A stretch of DNA of 64,000 nucleotides, from NCBI GenBank assembly GCA_019359045.1, contig JAHHIA010000002.1, positions 116,401 through 180,400 on the forward strand. The letters are read 5' to 3'. The stretch is from Scytolyngbya sp. HA4215-MV1 (lineage in GTDB: Bacteria > Cyanobacteriota > Cyanobacteriia > Leptolyngbyales > Leptolyngbyaceae). The translations under genes and the position numbers were made by a program. Below, piece by piece: positions 27,880 to 36,087 of the stretch. Each line of letters starts with the position of its first letter. Within the stretch, counting starts at the first letter, position 1. The notes beneath the pieces are model-generated. The model worked only from the letters and a program-made list of their open reading frames with translations, had not been told where the DNA came from and did no database searches.

Positions 27880-28170
27880 CTAGCAGGGTCTGACAAAATC
27901 CATCTTCTCGTAGAACAGATCGGGGCTGCCTTTTCCTACACACAACTTGTGTAGACTGCAAATGACATAGCCTTCCAGAGACAATCCTCGAAGATCAGGG
28001 CGGATTGTCGCATAGTTTTTACCACTGTTAGGGAAAGCAACCAGTAGTTGACACTTGTGGTTGAAGGCGCGAAAAAAACGATCGCCCGCTTCAAGGCTAT
28101 TTTCGGCAAAGTAGTCAGCGATGTCGTTAAGATCTTGGCTGGCAAGAATGTTGATGACGTAGCGACTCAT
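27880..28170 (-). CDS. parE: Type II toxin, ParE/RelE superfamily
   Basis: MSRYVINILASQDLNDIADYFAENSLEAGDRFFRAFNHKCQLLVAFPNSG is the typical ParE-like N-terminus. It sits 62 nt downstream of a small RHH-like antitoxin gene. Confidence 0.7.
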   Translation of the reverse strand: MSRYVINILASQDLNDIADYFAENSLEAGDRFFRAFNHKCQLLVAFPNSGKNYATIRPDLRGLSLEGYVICSLHKLCVGKGSPDLFYEKMDFVRPC

Positions 28171-28231
28171 ACCTATGCCTGATTTGCTCGCTGGAACCGC
28201 TCTAAGATCTGGTTAACGAACGTTTCGCCAT

Positions 28232-28432
28232 CTATTGGGGGGTATGGGTCGAGGCTTCAATTGCTGCGTCAATTTTGGTACGAACTTCCTCTACCCACTC
28301 TGCATCGGCACGATCGTACTCATCCAGCAATCGCAACGCCATTTCAAGCACTTCTTCGACAGAGCGGTACTTACCAGACTGGAGCTTGATCTGAATCAGA
28401 CGTTCTTGGTCAGGAGCAAGACTGATGCTCAT
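28232..28432 (-). CDS. parD: Type II antitoxin (ParD/RHH-like) paired with the ParE-like toxin
   Basis: 66 aa; MSISLAPDQERLIQIKLQSGKYRSVEEVLEMALRLL is the characteristic ParD-type antitoxin N-terminus. It lies immediately upstream of the toxin on the same strand. Confidence 0.65.
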   Translation of the reverse strand: MSISLAPDQERLIQIKLQSGKYRSVEEVLEMALRLLDEYDRADAEWVEEVRTKIDAAIEASTHTPQ

Positions 28433-28439
28433 CGTAGCC

Positions 28440-29550
28440 CACCATACATGTTATTCATCATTTTAGGCTGAAGAACCTGACTTTACATTTTCCTATTGCT
28501 CAAGTTCTCTAGTTGCCCACTCACAGAACCAATTTCCACAGGCTTCACCAAATGCAATTATTAGCTTTTGTAGATTGTAGTACCCTGTGTTGATCGCATC
28601 TGGTTCAAAGTCAGAGGGCATTCACCAACATAATCTATCAAACGTCTTACCTTCCCATTGGTAATTTTCCTAGAGTCAAGGTTATTCATATGAAGCAAAG
28701 AATTGCGATGCTCCCATAATTCTTCGACTGTGATACCTATACTATTAAGCTGTGCATATGTGTCGAGTCATTTGATAAAAGTATTTTCATTCTTGATATC
28801 TCCATACTCAACAAAACCTACTGAATCTATAGCAATAAGTGGAAGTTTAGCTAATGATACGTAGTGCTTATGCTGAAACAATATTCTTTATAGGTTAAAA
28901 GAAGTCTGCATTCAGAAGCCCTGTAAAATCAAAGCCATCTTTAGTAAAAAACGTACCGAAGTAATCTACAGACATTCATCTTGCCTGCTAACAACTAAGC
29001 TCGCTGTATCCAATGTCCCTCCTGTGATCTACCAACCCCAATTGGGAGTTCGGTACAGGACTTGATCACCTCCTACCACTCACCCAAAATCTGCTAGGAC
29101 TAGGGGATCACAGACGAACTTACCCACCAGCTTAGCCTCCTTTTGCTCAATCTTAGCCCCCCCACAGATAATCTCTCGGTAGTGAAAAACTTAATGGAAG
29201 AAAGACAGCTAACGATGCCCATAACCCGGCGCAGATACCCTTTGAATTCCAACAGATAATTTCTCGGCGGTCGGTGTGCATAGGCGTTATGGGCATATTT
29301 TTAGACTGCGATCGCTTGCTTAAAGTCCATAATCCTAGTGCGTTCCTAGGAATTTATCGGCGGAGTAATTAGGGGTTGTCGTGGGGAACACACCCTACAA
29401 AATCGGCATCGCACTGGGGAGTGTTTTAAGGGGTTGAAAGGACATACGAGTGGCATCAGAGCAATGGCACCCACCTCCGAAGCAGGCAATAAAAGCATTA
29501 GGTGACGATCGAAAATTAATCGTCATAACTTAACACGATAAAATACTAGA
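28440..29550. pseudogene. About 1.1 kb stretch without an intact ORF of 60 aa or more; probable decayed gene remnant(s)
   Basis: Six-frame track is empty here. The reverse-complement of about 28610-28870 reads a protein-like peptide (...HKHYVSLAKLPLIAIDSVGFVEYGDIKNENTFIK*LDTYAQLNSIGITVEELWEHRNSLLHMNNLD...) interrupted by a stop. Not assignable to a family. Confidence 0.3.
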
Positions 29551-29583
29551 CAGATGCTTTCAACTTCTAGTGAATTCCCTACA

Positions 29584-30000
29584 ATGCCTGCAAAAGATGT
29601 ATTTCATCAGCTTGTTAGGATTGCCCTTGAGAATGAGGGGTGGACAATTACTCATGATCCGTACCATATCGATTTAGGCTTTGTTGATTTCTATATCGAT
29701 TTAGGTGCAGAGCGGTTAATTGCAGCAACGAAAGATGGTGATAAAATCGCTGTAGAGATCAAGACTTTCTTAGCCGCTTCAACGATTTCAGAATTTCATA
29801 CTGCGATCGGACAATTTATTAACTATCGCATTGCTTTAGAGGAAGAAGATGTAGATAGACGGTTGTACTTGGCGGTTCCATCAGATGTTTATAAGCGGTT
29901 TTTCAAGTATCCATTTATTCAAACTGTGATTCGCCGCAACCAAATTCCGTTATTAGTATATAACACAGAAAAACAGGAGGTTGCCCAATGGATAAGTTGA
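29584..30000 (+). CDS. xisH: XisH family protein (fdxN-element excision controlling factor homologue)
   Basis: MPAKDVFHQLVRIALENEGWTITHDPYHIDLGFVDFYIDLGAERLIAA is a strong match to the cyanobacterial XisH family. It overlaps the following XisI gene. Confidence 0.8.
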   Translation: MPAKDVFHQLVRIALENEGWTITHDPYHIDLGFVDFYIDLGAERLIAATKDGDKIAVEIKTFLAASTISEFHTAIGQFINYRIALEEEDVDRRLYLAVPSDVYKRFFKYPFIQTVIRRNQIPLLVYNTEKQEVAQWIS

Positions 30001-30326
30001 ATTTGTATCGTCAATTAATTCAGGAGTCATTAACAGAGAGAGCCAAATTACGTTCTCCCAGTGATCCAATCAAAACTCAGACAATTTTTGATCGAGAGGG
30101 TGATCACTATCAACTTGTAAATCTAGGATGGAAAGATAGCAGTACTCGAATCTATGGCTGTGCTTTACATGTCGATATTATCAATGGCAAAATTTGGGTG
30201 CAACATGATGGCACTGAAGATGCAATTGCAGATCAATTAGCAGATAAGGGAGTGCCGAAACAAGACATCGTGTTGGCATATCAGGCACCTCATGTGCGAC
30301 AGTACACAGAGTTTGCGGTAAGTTGA
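29988..30326 (+). CDS. xisI: XisI family protein
   Basis: MDKLNLYRQLIQESLTERAKL...HYQLVNLGWKDSSTRIYGCALHVDIINGKIWVQHDGTEDAIADQLADKGVPKQDIVLAYQ is typical XisI. It is coupled to XisH by a 13-nt overlap. Confidence 0.8.
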   Translation: MDKLNLYRQLIQESLTERAKLRSPSDPIKTQTIFDREGDHYQLVNLGWKDSSTRIYGCALHVDIINGKIWVQHDGTEDAIADQLADKGVPKQDIVLAYQAPHVRQYTEFAVS

Positions 30327-30452
30327 TGCAGCAGTTGCTGCCCAGACTGAGCGATCGCAAACCGAATTGATTCAAGCTGGGATTATTTTTTCTGTTGGAA
30401 TCTTTTACCACACAACTTTTCCTGCCTGAGCGAGTCCTTTAAGGGCTGTGTA

Positions 30453-30653
30453 TTAAACTGCTGCATTATCGTTACTATTTGCCGATCTCATCTGTCGCAA
30501 AACAATTGCTTGAATCTTATCGTCAAAGTCAGCATCATCTACAGTAGTAATCATGGTGCGGGGATGATTACTCAATCTGTCCAAATAAGCTTGAAGCGCT
30601 ATCTTATCCTCACGAGGCTGGAGAAAGTATTGCCTCAGCTCTTCATCAGACAT
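30453..30653 (-). CDS. hypothetical small protein
   Basis: 66-aa ORF only; no motif recognised. Confidence 0.2.
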   Translation of the reverse strand: MSDEELRQYFLQPREDKIALQAYLDRLSNHPRTMITTVDDADFDDKIQAIVLRQMRSANSNDNAAV

Positions 30654-30848
30654 CGTGGCACCGTTAATCTGACTGATCAGAGAACCTCCCCATCTGGTGT
30701 AACCTGAAAATCTTGAATTTCAGCGTTTCCAGCCAACGGTCGTGTTCAGCAACGTCCAAGATCTTGATACCGTCCGCTGCGACACAGTTGTTAGACCGCA
30801 CAGTACAACATTCTACTCTTAAAGACTTAGAAAATTAAGCTCTGCCTA

Positions 30849-31289
30849 CTAAGCAAGCATGCGTTTTAAAAGTTGTTTTGACCCATCAACATCTTCACAT
30901 TCGTGAGAGGTAATAATTCTTGTTGACTCGTCAAAATTCATGATCACTAAAAAACTACGCTGAATATATTCTCCCATCAAAAGATATTGAAACTCACCAT
31001 GAATATAGTGTTTATATGCTTCTTCAAATTTCATACTAAGGTTAAGATTTGAGCCAAATTCTTCAGGCTTGACAGAAAGAAAGTGAATTTCTACTCGACT
31101 TCTGGGAGGTAAAGAACCTAATCTCAGTTTGTAATCCAAAGCAGGACGGCTACCTACCCTAGTGCGATCGCCCCTCGCCGTAGGTTGGGTTGAGCAAGTC
31201 AACCCCTTCTGCATCAACGAGCGTGATATTTGTAACGAAACCCAACAGCTTACCGATCCAGCAACACCCTTGGAAAGATGGAAAATCAT
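30849..31289 (-). CDS. hypothetical protein, co-transcribed downstream of the flotillin-like gene
   Basis: 4-nt start/stop overlap with the flotillin-like ORF; no domain recognised. Confidence 0.4.
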   Translation of the reverse strand: MIFHLSKGVAGSVSCWVSLQISRSLMQKGLTCSTQPTARGDRTRVGSRPALDYKLRLGSLPPRSRVEIHFLSVKPEEFGSNLNLSMKFEEAYKHYIHGEFQYLLMGEYIQRSFLVIMNFDESTRIITSHECEDVDGSKQLLKRMLA

Positions 31290-32716
31290 TCATCCGGTTC
31301 ATGATTATCAGGGCGCTTAAAGATGTCCTGCGTTAAATTTGACAGCCCTGCCAGAAAGCCCAAGAGCGGATTGACCAGACCCTCTTGCGCCTCTGAGGTA
31401 ATGATGGTCGTGCGTTGTTCTTGAGGCGTGGGTAGGTGTCGGGCAATGTCGGGTAATTGCGCGATTAACTGAGCCTGAATATGACGATCGGACAGTTCAT
31501 TTTCAATCTGACGCTGCTTGCGATCGAGATCCAATTGCCGATCGCGTTGAGTCATATCAGCCTGGTTCTGTAATTCCTGCACCTCTAGTCCAGCAGAGGC
31601 TTGTGCCAGTGTTTTCTGAGCCTGGATGGCATCCAACTGAATTTGTTGCTGCACCTTCTCCATTTCAGCAGTGATGCGTTGTTTTTCCAGCTCCAGCTCT
31701 TGCAACACCAACTCTAATTGAGCCTGGTTGCGAGCCTGGGCAGTACGGTTCTGTTCTGCCAAAATCTGACGCTCAGCCTCCTGTTCTACCTGGTTACGGC
31801 GCAATTTCTCCGTCTGTTCACGATCGTAGGCAATGCGGGTTTGCTCAGCTCGGAGTTGGGCAATTTCGCTGGCAACATTCAGTTCCCCGCGCTCACTACT
31901 CAGGCGATTCGCCAGTTCGCGAGCAGTGATTTCCTGATCACTTTCCAGTTGTGCCAGCCGCGCCAGTTTTTCCCGTTCGGCGCGGAAAGGAGTTTGCAAG
32001 TTGTGCCATAACTGGGTTGAACTGACGATCGCTTCCTTAATCTGAACCGTCACAATCTTGAGACCCAACCCCTCCGAGGGAGAATGCCTGCCCTCCTCCC
32101 CGCCACTGCCCTCAGCCACCGTTTGCAAGCGATGGGTTAGCTCCTCAATAATCGGTTGTTTGTCACTTAAAACTTCATCAATGCTGAGCGTAGCAACTTT
32201 ATCTTTAATGGCAGCTTCCGCCTGTTCGCGCAACTGCAAGTTGACAATGCCCATCGGGTCTTCTGGATCAGAAAAGTCCAGTTTCCGGTATGCCGTTTGA
32301 ATATCGTTAATAATCCATTGCACATAAGCTTGTACCAACAATCCTTGCCGTTCAATACAGATGCAGTTGGCGTTGATCAAAATGGTTTGAACCGCAGCAG
32401 GAATCACCAAAAAGGCATCCGTGAGGGGATTGAAACGAAAGGAAATGCCTTGACCGATGTGTAAGGGGGTACGGTGTCCGCGTCGAGTATGGACGGTGTA
32501 GACATTGGGCGGCACAATGACACTTTTCCAGATCCAGACCCCAGTGATGCGGTAATCGATCGCCCGGCTGGTCGGCGGCGACGTTCCTCCCAATGGAGCC
32601 GGAGCAGCTCCTGGAGCCACTGGAGCACGACGACTGCGGCTGAGCTGGCGATCTACCTCAGCTTTTTCTTGCAGGACTTGTTGGAGGTAGGTATTTTCTG
32701 CGGGTTGTTTACTCAT
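31286..32716 (-). CDS. Flotillin-like SPFH/band-7 domain protein
   Basis: The SPFH-like core is LHIGQGISFRFNPLTDAFLVIPAAVQTILINAN...GLLVQAYVQWIINDIQ. A long charged coiled-coil follows (AEQTRIAYDREQTEKLRRNQVEQEAERQILAEQNRTAQARNQAQLELVLQELELEKQR...), as in bacterial flotillins. The N-terminus is Pro/Ala-rich and low-complexity. Confidence 0.6.
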   Translation of the reverse strand: MSKQPAENTYLQQVLQEKAEVDRQLSRSRRAPVAPGAAPAPLGGTSPPTSRAIDYRITGVWIWKSVIVPPNVYTVHTRRGHRTPLHIGQGISFRFNPLTDAFLVIPAAVQTILINANCICIERQGLLVQAYVQWIINDIQTAYRKLDFSDPEDPMGIVNLQLREQAEAAIKDKVATLSIDEVLSDKQPIIEELTHRLQTVAEGSGGEEGRHSPSEGLGLKIVTVQIKEAIVSSTQLWHNLQTPFRAEREKLARLAQLESDQEITARELANRLSSERGELNVASEIAQLRAEQTRIAYDREQTEKLRRNQVEQEAERQILAEQNRTAQARNQAQLELVLQELELEKQRITAEMEKVQQQIQLDAIQAQKTLAQASAGLEVQELQNQADMTQRDRQLDLDRKQRQIENELSDRHIQAQLIAQLPDIARHLPTPQEQRTTIITSEAQEGLVNPLLGFLAGLSNLTQDIFKRPDNHEPDE

Positions 32717-33234
32717 GGTGGTTGTGATCGGTTGAGCGGGAGGTCGTCGCAGCGCTGATTGACAGCGCCTGATCGCCCGGCTTCAGAACTTCAGGTTCCC
32801 CGATTCTTGACAAAAGGGCATCCCAAAAAAAGAAGCACAAGCAAAAGGATTAAACACCTAAAATCTCAGTCATTCCGCATGTCGTTATTAAAACATTACC
32901 AACAGGCTCAATGCTTACAGATATGACCTTGTCTATCGATCGTGTTATCTCAAAGTTGCAATCAGTAGGTGGGCTGATTTAGATGCAGGGTGGGTTAGCG
33001 TTAGCGAAGCCATACCAAAGGCTATTAGCGTAAACCATACGCGCGTTGGCTTGACGCATGAAACCCAATTGCTTAAGTATCCCAACGACTGACAATACTC
33101 GTTGCAGACTGCGATGATGCGGTTGAACTTAGCATTAGACAGGCAAAAAACTGTCTGTCTTATTCTCCTATCTAACAGATCTCTCCGTTAGGCTGAGTTA
33201 TTCAAACTCAATCTAGCAATCGTGGGAAAGCTTT

Positions 33235-33930
33235 GTGTTTCAAAAAATACCTCATCGTCGTCGTGAACTGCTTGCTCTACTGTTGACGGTCCCATTTCCG
33301 AGTATAGGGGCAATCATGTCGCTCCTGATTGCTCCCGGAGTGAGTGGACAGATCGGATTGATTATCTGTCAGATGTGGTTGCTGGTTTTGCCGATAGCTT
33401 GGCTATTGGGGGTCGATCAACAGCCTTTAAGAATTCCTAAGCCAAAGCGGCGCGATTGGATAACTGGAATTGTGGTTGGATTATTGATGTTTAGTATTAT
33501 TCTTGTAATTTATTGGCTGTTTGCTAAACAGTGGATTAACCAGGCTGAGGTGCTAAATCAGGTGAAACAAGTTGGCTTGATTAGTCAACCTATTTTTCTG
33601 ATGGGTTGCATATATTTTGCGTTAATTAACTCATTAATCGAGGAATATATTTGGCGCTGGTTTGTTTATCGTAGATGCGAAGAATTAATCTCGGCAAGGG
33701 GGGCCGTCTTCTTGACTGCTGGCTTTTTTACAGTCCATCACATCATTGTTCTAATATTTTATACTGACTGGAAAATAGTTGTTTTAGGTACTTTAGCAGT
33801 GTTTGTTGCTGGACTTGTATGGTCAGAGTCTTATCGCAGATATCGATCGATCTGGAGTAGCTACGTCAGCCACTCGATGGCAGGTTTGGCAATTTACATC
33901 GCTGCTTGGCAAATCCTTTTTGGATCATGA
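33235..33930 (+). CDS. CPBP-family (CAAX-protease-like) intramembrane metalloprotease
   Basis: Polytopic membrane protein with an EExxxR motif (LIEEYIWRWFVYRR) and a downstream FxxxH (FFTVHH). GTG start; an alternative ATG is at 33316. Confidence 0.5.
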   Translation: MFQKIPHRRRELLALLLTVPFPSIGAIMSLLIAPGVSGQIGLIICQMWLLVLPIAWLLGVDQQPLRIPKPKRRDWITGIVVGLLMFSIILVIYWLFAKQWINQAEVLNQVKQVGLISQPIFLMGCIYFALINSLIEEYIWRWFVYRRCEELISARGAVFLTAGFFTVHHIIVLIFYTDWKIVVLGTLAVFVAGLVWSESYRRYRSIWSSYVSHSMAGLAIYIAAWQILFGS

Positions 33931-34097
33931 TTTACTAGCCCGTTGTAAAATGGGTCACAGTAGAAGTTTCAATGGGTTGCTTGATGGTTGCATGCCTAAC
34001 CCCCAGTTTCAGTTGCAAAAAATGGGAGATTTTATCTCATCCAATGGCAGCGTAATTGCCGAATCGTTTGGTTGTGTTTTCATCTCACAAGGCTTGT

Positions 34098-34580
34098 ATG
34101 ACAGAACAGACAAACCCGATCGCCATCCATGCCGCTGAGGTACCTGCACGCACCAAGTCCTCAAATTATCCAGAGCCGTTCGCATCGCGCATGGCAGGCA
34201 GGGAAAAGCGTCCGCTTGGTGAATTGTTTGGACTCAGAAACTTTGGTGTCAACCTGACGCGCTTGGCTCCCAATGCGGTTTCGGCACTTCGTCATGCGCA
34301 CACCCAACAAGACGAGTTCGTTTACATTTTGCAGGGACACCCCACTCTGCACACCGATGCAGGACAAACCCAACTTGCACCGGGCATGTGTGCAGGTTTC
34401 AGGGCGGGCACCGGAAACGGACACTGTTTAGTCAACGAAACCGCAGAGGAGGTCTTGTACCTTGAAATCGGTGACAGGACACCGGGCGATGCCGCAACCT
34501 ATCCCGATGACGACCTGCAAGCCTTACAGGTGGACAGTCGGTGGCAGTTCACTCATAAAGACGGCACGCCCTACTGTTGA
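34098..34580 (+). CDS. Cupin-domain protein
   Basis: The cupin_2-like beta-barrel motif is HAHTQQDEFVYILQGHPTLHTDAGQTQLAPGMCAGFRAG. Confidence 0.6.
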   Translation: MTEQTNPIAIHAAEVPARTKSSNYPEPFASRMAGREKRPLGELFGLRNFGVNLTRLAPNAVSALRHAHTQQDEFVYILQGHPTLHTDAGQTQLAPGMCAGFRAGTGNGHCLVNETAEEVLYLEIGDRTPGDAATYPDDDLQALQVDSRWQFTHKDGTPYC

Positions 34581-34636
34581 GGCGACTAGCAACAGTCCGC
34601 TTTGAAAGTTCTATCGTCCTTCCACTGGAGGTGAGA

Positions 34637-34981
34637 ATGAGCCATTATGAACAACTGACCATCTATGTGGGGGAGTCTGACCAATGGCATGGCAAACCCG
34701 TTTATTTAGCGATCGTCGAGGTTGCCCAACAGCAGGGACTGGCAGGCGCAACGGTATTGAGAGGGGTGGCAGGATTTGGCACCCGCCAGAATCACGCCAT
34801 TCACACGGCTAAGATTCTGGAGCTTTCTTCAGAGTTGCCTATGGTCGTGATCATCATCGATCGGGCAGACGCGATCGGCCAATTTTTACCTCAAGTTAAA
34901 GAAATTGTCCAACACGGCATGGTGATTCGAGAAGTGCTGAATGTGGTGCATCATGCCCCCCTCAATGTTGACCCTGCATAG
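34637..34981 (+). CDS. DUF190-family protein (CrcB-associated small protein)
   Basis: A perfect GGAGGTGA RBS lies 5 nt upstream of ATG 34637. The sequence MSHYEQLTIYVGESDQWHGKPVYLAIVE...GLAGATVLRGVAGFG is characteristic of DUF190, which frequently accompanies crcB. Confidence 0.65.
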   Translation: MSHYEQLTIYVGESDQWHGKPVYLAIVEVAQQQGLAGATVLRGVAGFGTRQNHAIHTAKILELSSELPMVVIIIDRADAIGQFLPQVKEIVQHGMVIREVLNVVHHAPLNVDPA

Positions 34982-35120
34982 TCAATCCAGCATTGCTTAA
35001 TCAAGGGACGAAATGAGAGTGGTATGAATTGAAACTTTATTGTAATTCATACTGCTATTAGCAATACCGTCAATCTATTTTGATCAACAGTGCCAGCTGA
35101 AAGTGTCAGCAGAAGGTCAC

Positions 35121-35324
35121 TTATTTTTTCTGGATGTGCCAATCTTCATTTTCGCCCTTTTCATACTTGTGTTTAACCGCACTCCAAGCCACTCTAAAAG
35201 CTCGTTCCTCTGCTTGATATTCTTTTTCGGCATTGTTAAAAGCAGCCAGGAAAATTTCCTGCGCGTGCTTCGGAAGATGGTTTTTAACGGTATCAGGTAA
35301 CTCTTCAATGTGCTGATAAGACAT
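35121..35324 (-). CDS. chaB: ChaB family protein
   Basis: MSYQHIEELPDTVKNHLPKHAQEIFLAAFNNAEKEY...AFRVAWSAVKHKYEKGENEDWH is a close match to the ChaB family pattern. Confidence 0.7.
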   Translation of the reverse strand: MSYQHIEELPDTVKNHLPKHAQEIFLAAFNNAEKEYQAEERAFRVAWSAVKHKYEKGENEDWHIQKK

Positions 35325-35613
35325 CGTTTTTTCCTTTCTTTGTTCTCACGATTGGGTTGGATATGCGTGGGTTGGATAGCGATTGTCTTAGGTTAGAAAG
35401 TCTGCAGAGGGCTTGCCCTCTTTCCAATGTGAGAGATTGATGCCAATCAGTCCCTTTTTCAGGACAGGGATGCACATCCAAAGAAGCAGCCCAATATTGG
35501 GTTACCCTCCTTCTACCAGTTTGTTTGAGCGGCGTTGCTTGAGATGCGCCATCCCCATGGTTTAATCGGCAAAACACCCAATCTATTCAAATCAGCAACC
35601 TCCAAAATCCAAC

Positions 35614-36060
35614 ATGGTTTTACAGATTTGGTCGAGTCTTGTCAGTAAAATTTTGGCAGTGACAACTTCTGCTGATCCCGCTGTGCGAGCGCCGCTGGCA
35701 ATTAGTCTGGGAGCGATTCCCGGAGCTTTAAGCCGCTATTATCTGACCCTCCTCTTTACCCATTGGTTGGGAACCGCATTTCCTTACGGAACTTTTTTCA
35801 TCAATATCACCGGGGCACTGCTGATGGGCTTTTTTGTCACCTTAACGTTGGAACGCACCATTACCTCCCCAGATTTGCGATTGTTAGTGGCGGTGGGTTT
35901 TTTGGGGTCATACACCACCTTCTCTACCTACGCGCTCGATACCGCCAATCTGTTACAGTCGGGCAACCGGGGCATGGCGTTTTTTTACTGGCTGGGAAGT
36001 GCCACGATCGGTTTCATTGGATTACAAATCGGCAGTTTTTTTGCCAGGAAGGTATCATAG
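35614..36060 (+). CDS. crcB: Fluoride ion channel CrcB/Fluc
   Basis: Small four-helix membrane protein with the diagnostic GFLGSYTTFSTYALD motif. Confidence 0.8.
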   Translation: MVLQIWSSLVSKILAVTTSADPAVRAPLAISLGAIPGALSRYYLTLLFTHWLGTAFPYGTFFINITGALLMGFFVTLTLERTITSPDLRLLVAVGFLGSYTTFSTYALDTANLLQSGNRGMAFFYWLGSATIGFIGLQIGSFFARKVS

Positions 36061-36087
36061 GCGAGCACCAGATCACAGGGGTGAATC

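Noticed and set aside
33803-34138. 111-aa ORF overlapping the end of the CPBP protease gene and the start of the cupin gene
   Set aside because: It is in an alternative frame across a gene junction, has no motif, and is probably spurious.
35325-35613. Fluoride riboswitch upstream of crcB
   Set aside because: The conserved crcB-motif core could not be recognised by eye. It is left as an open check (Rfam scan) rather than annotated.
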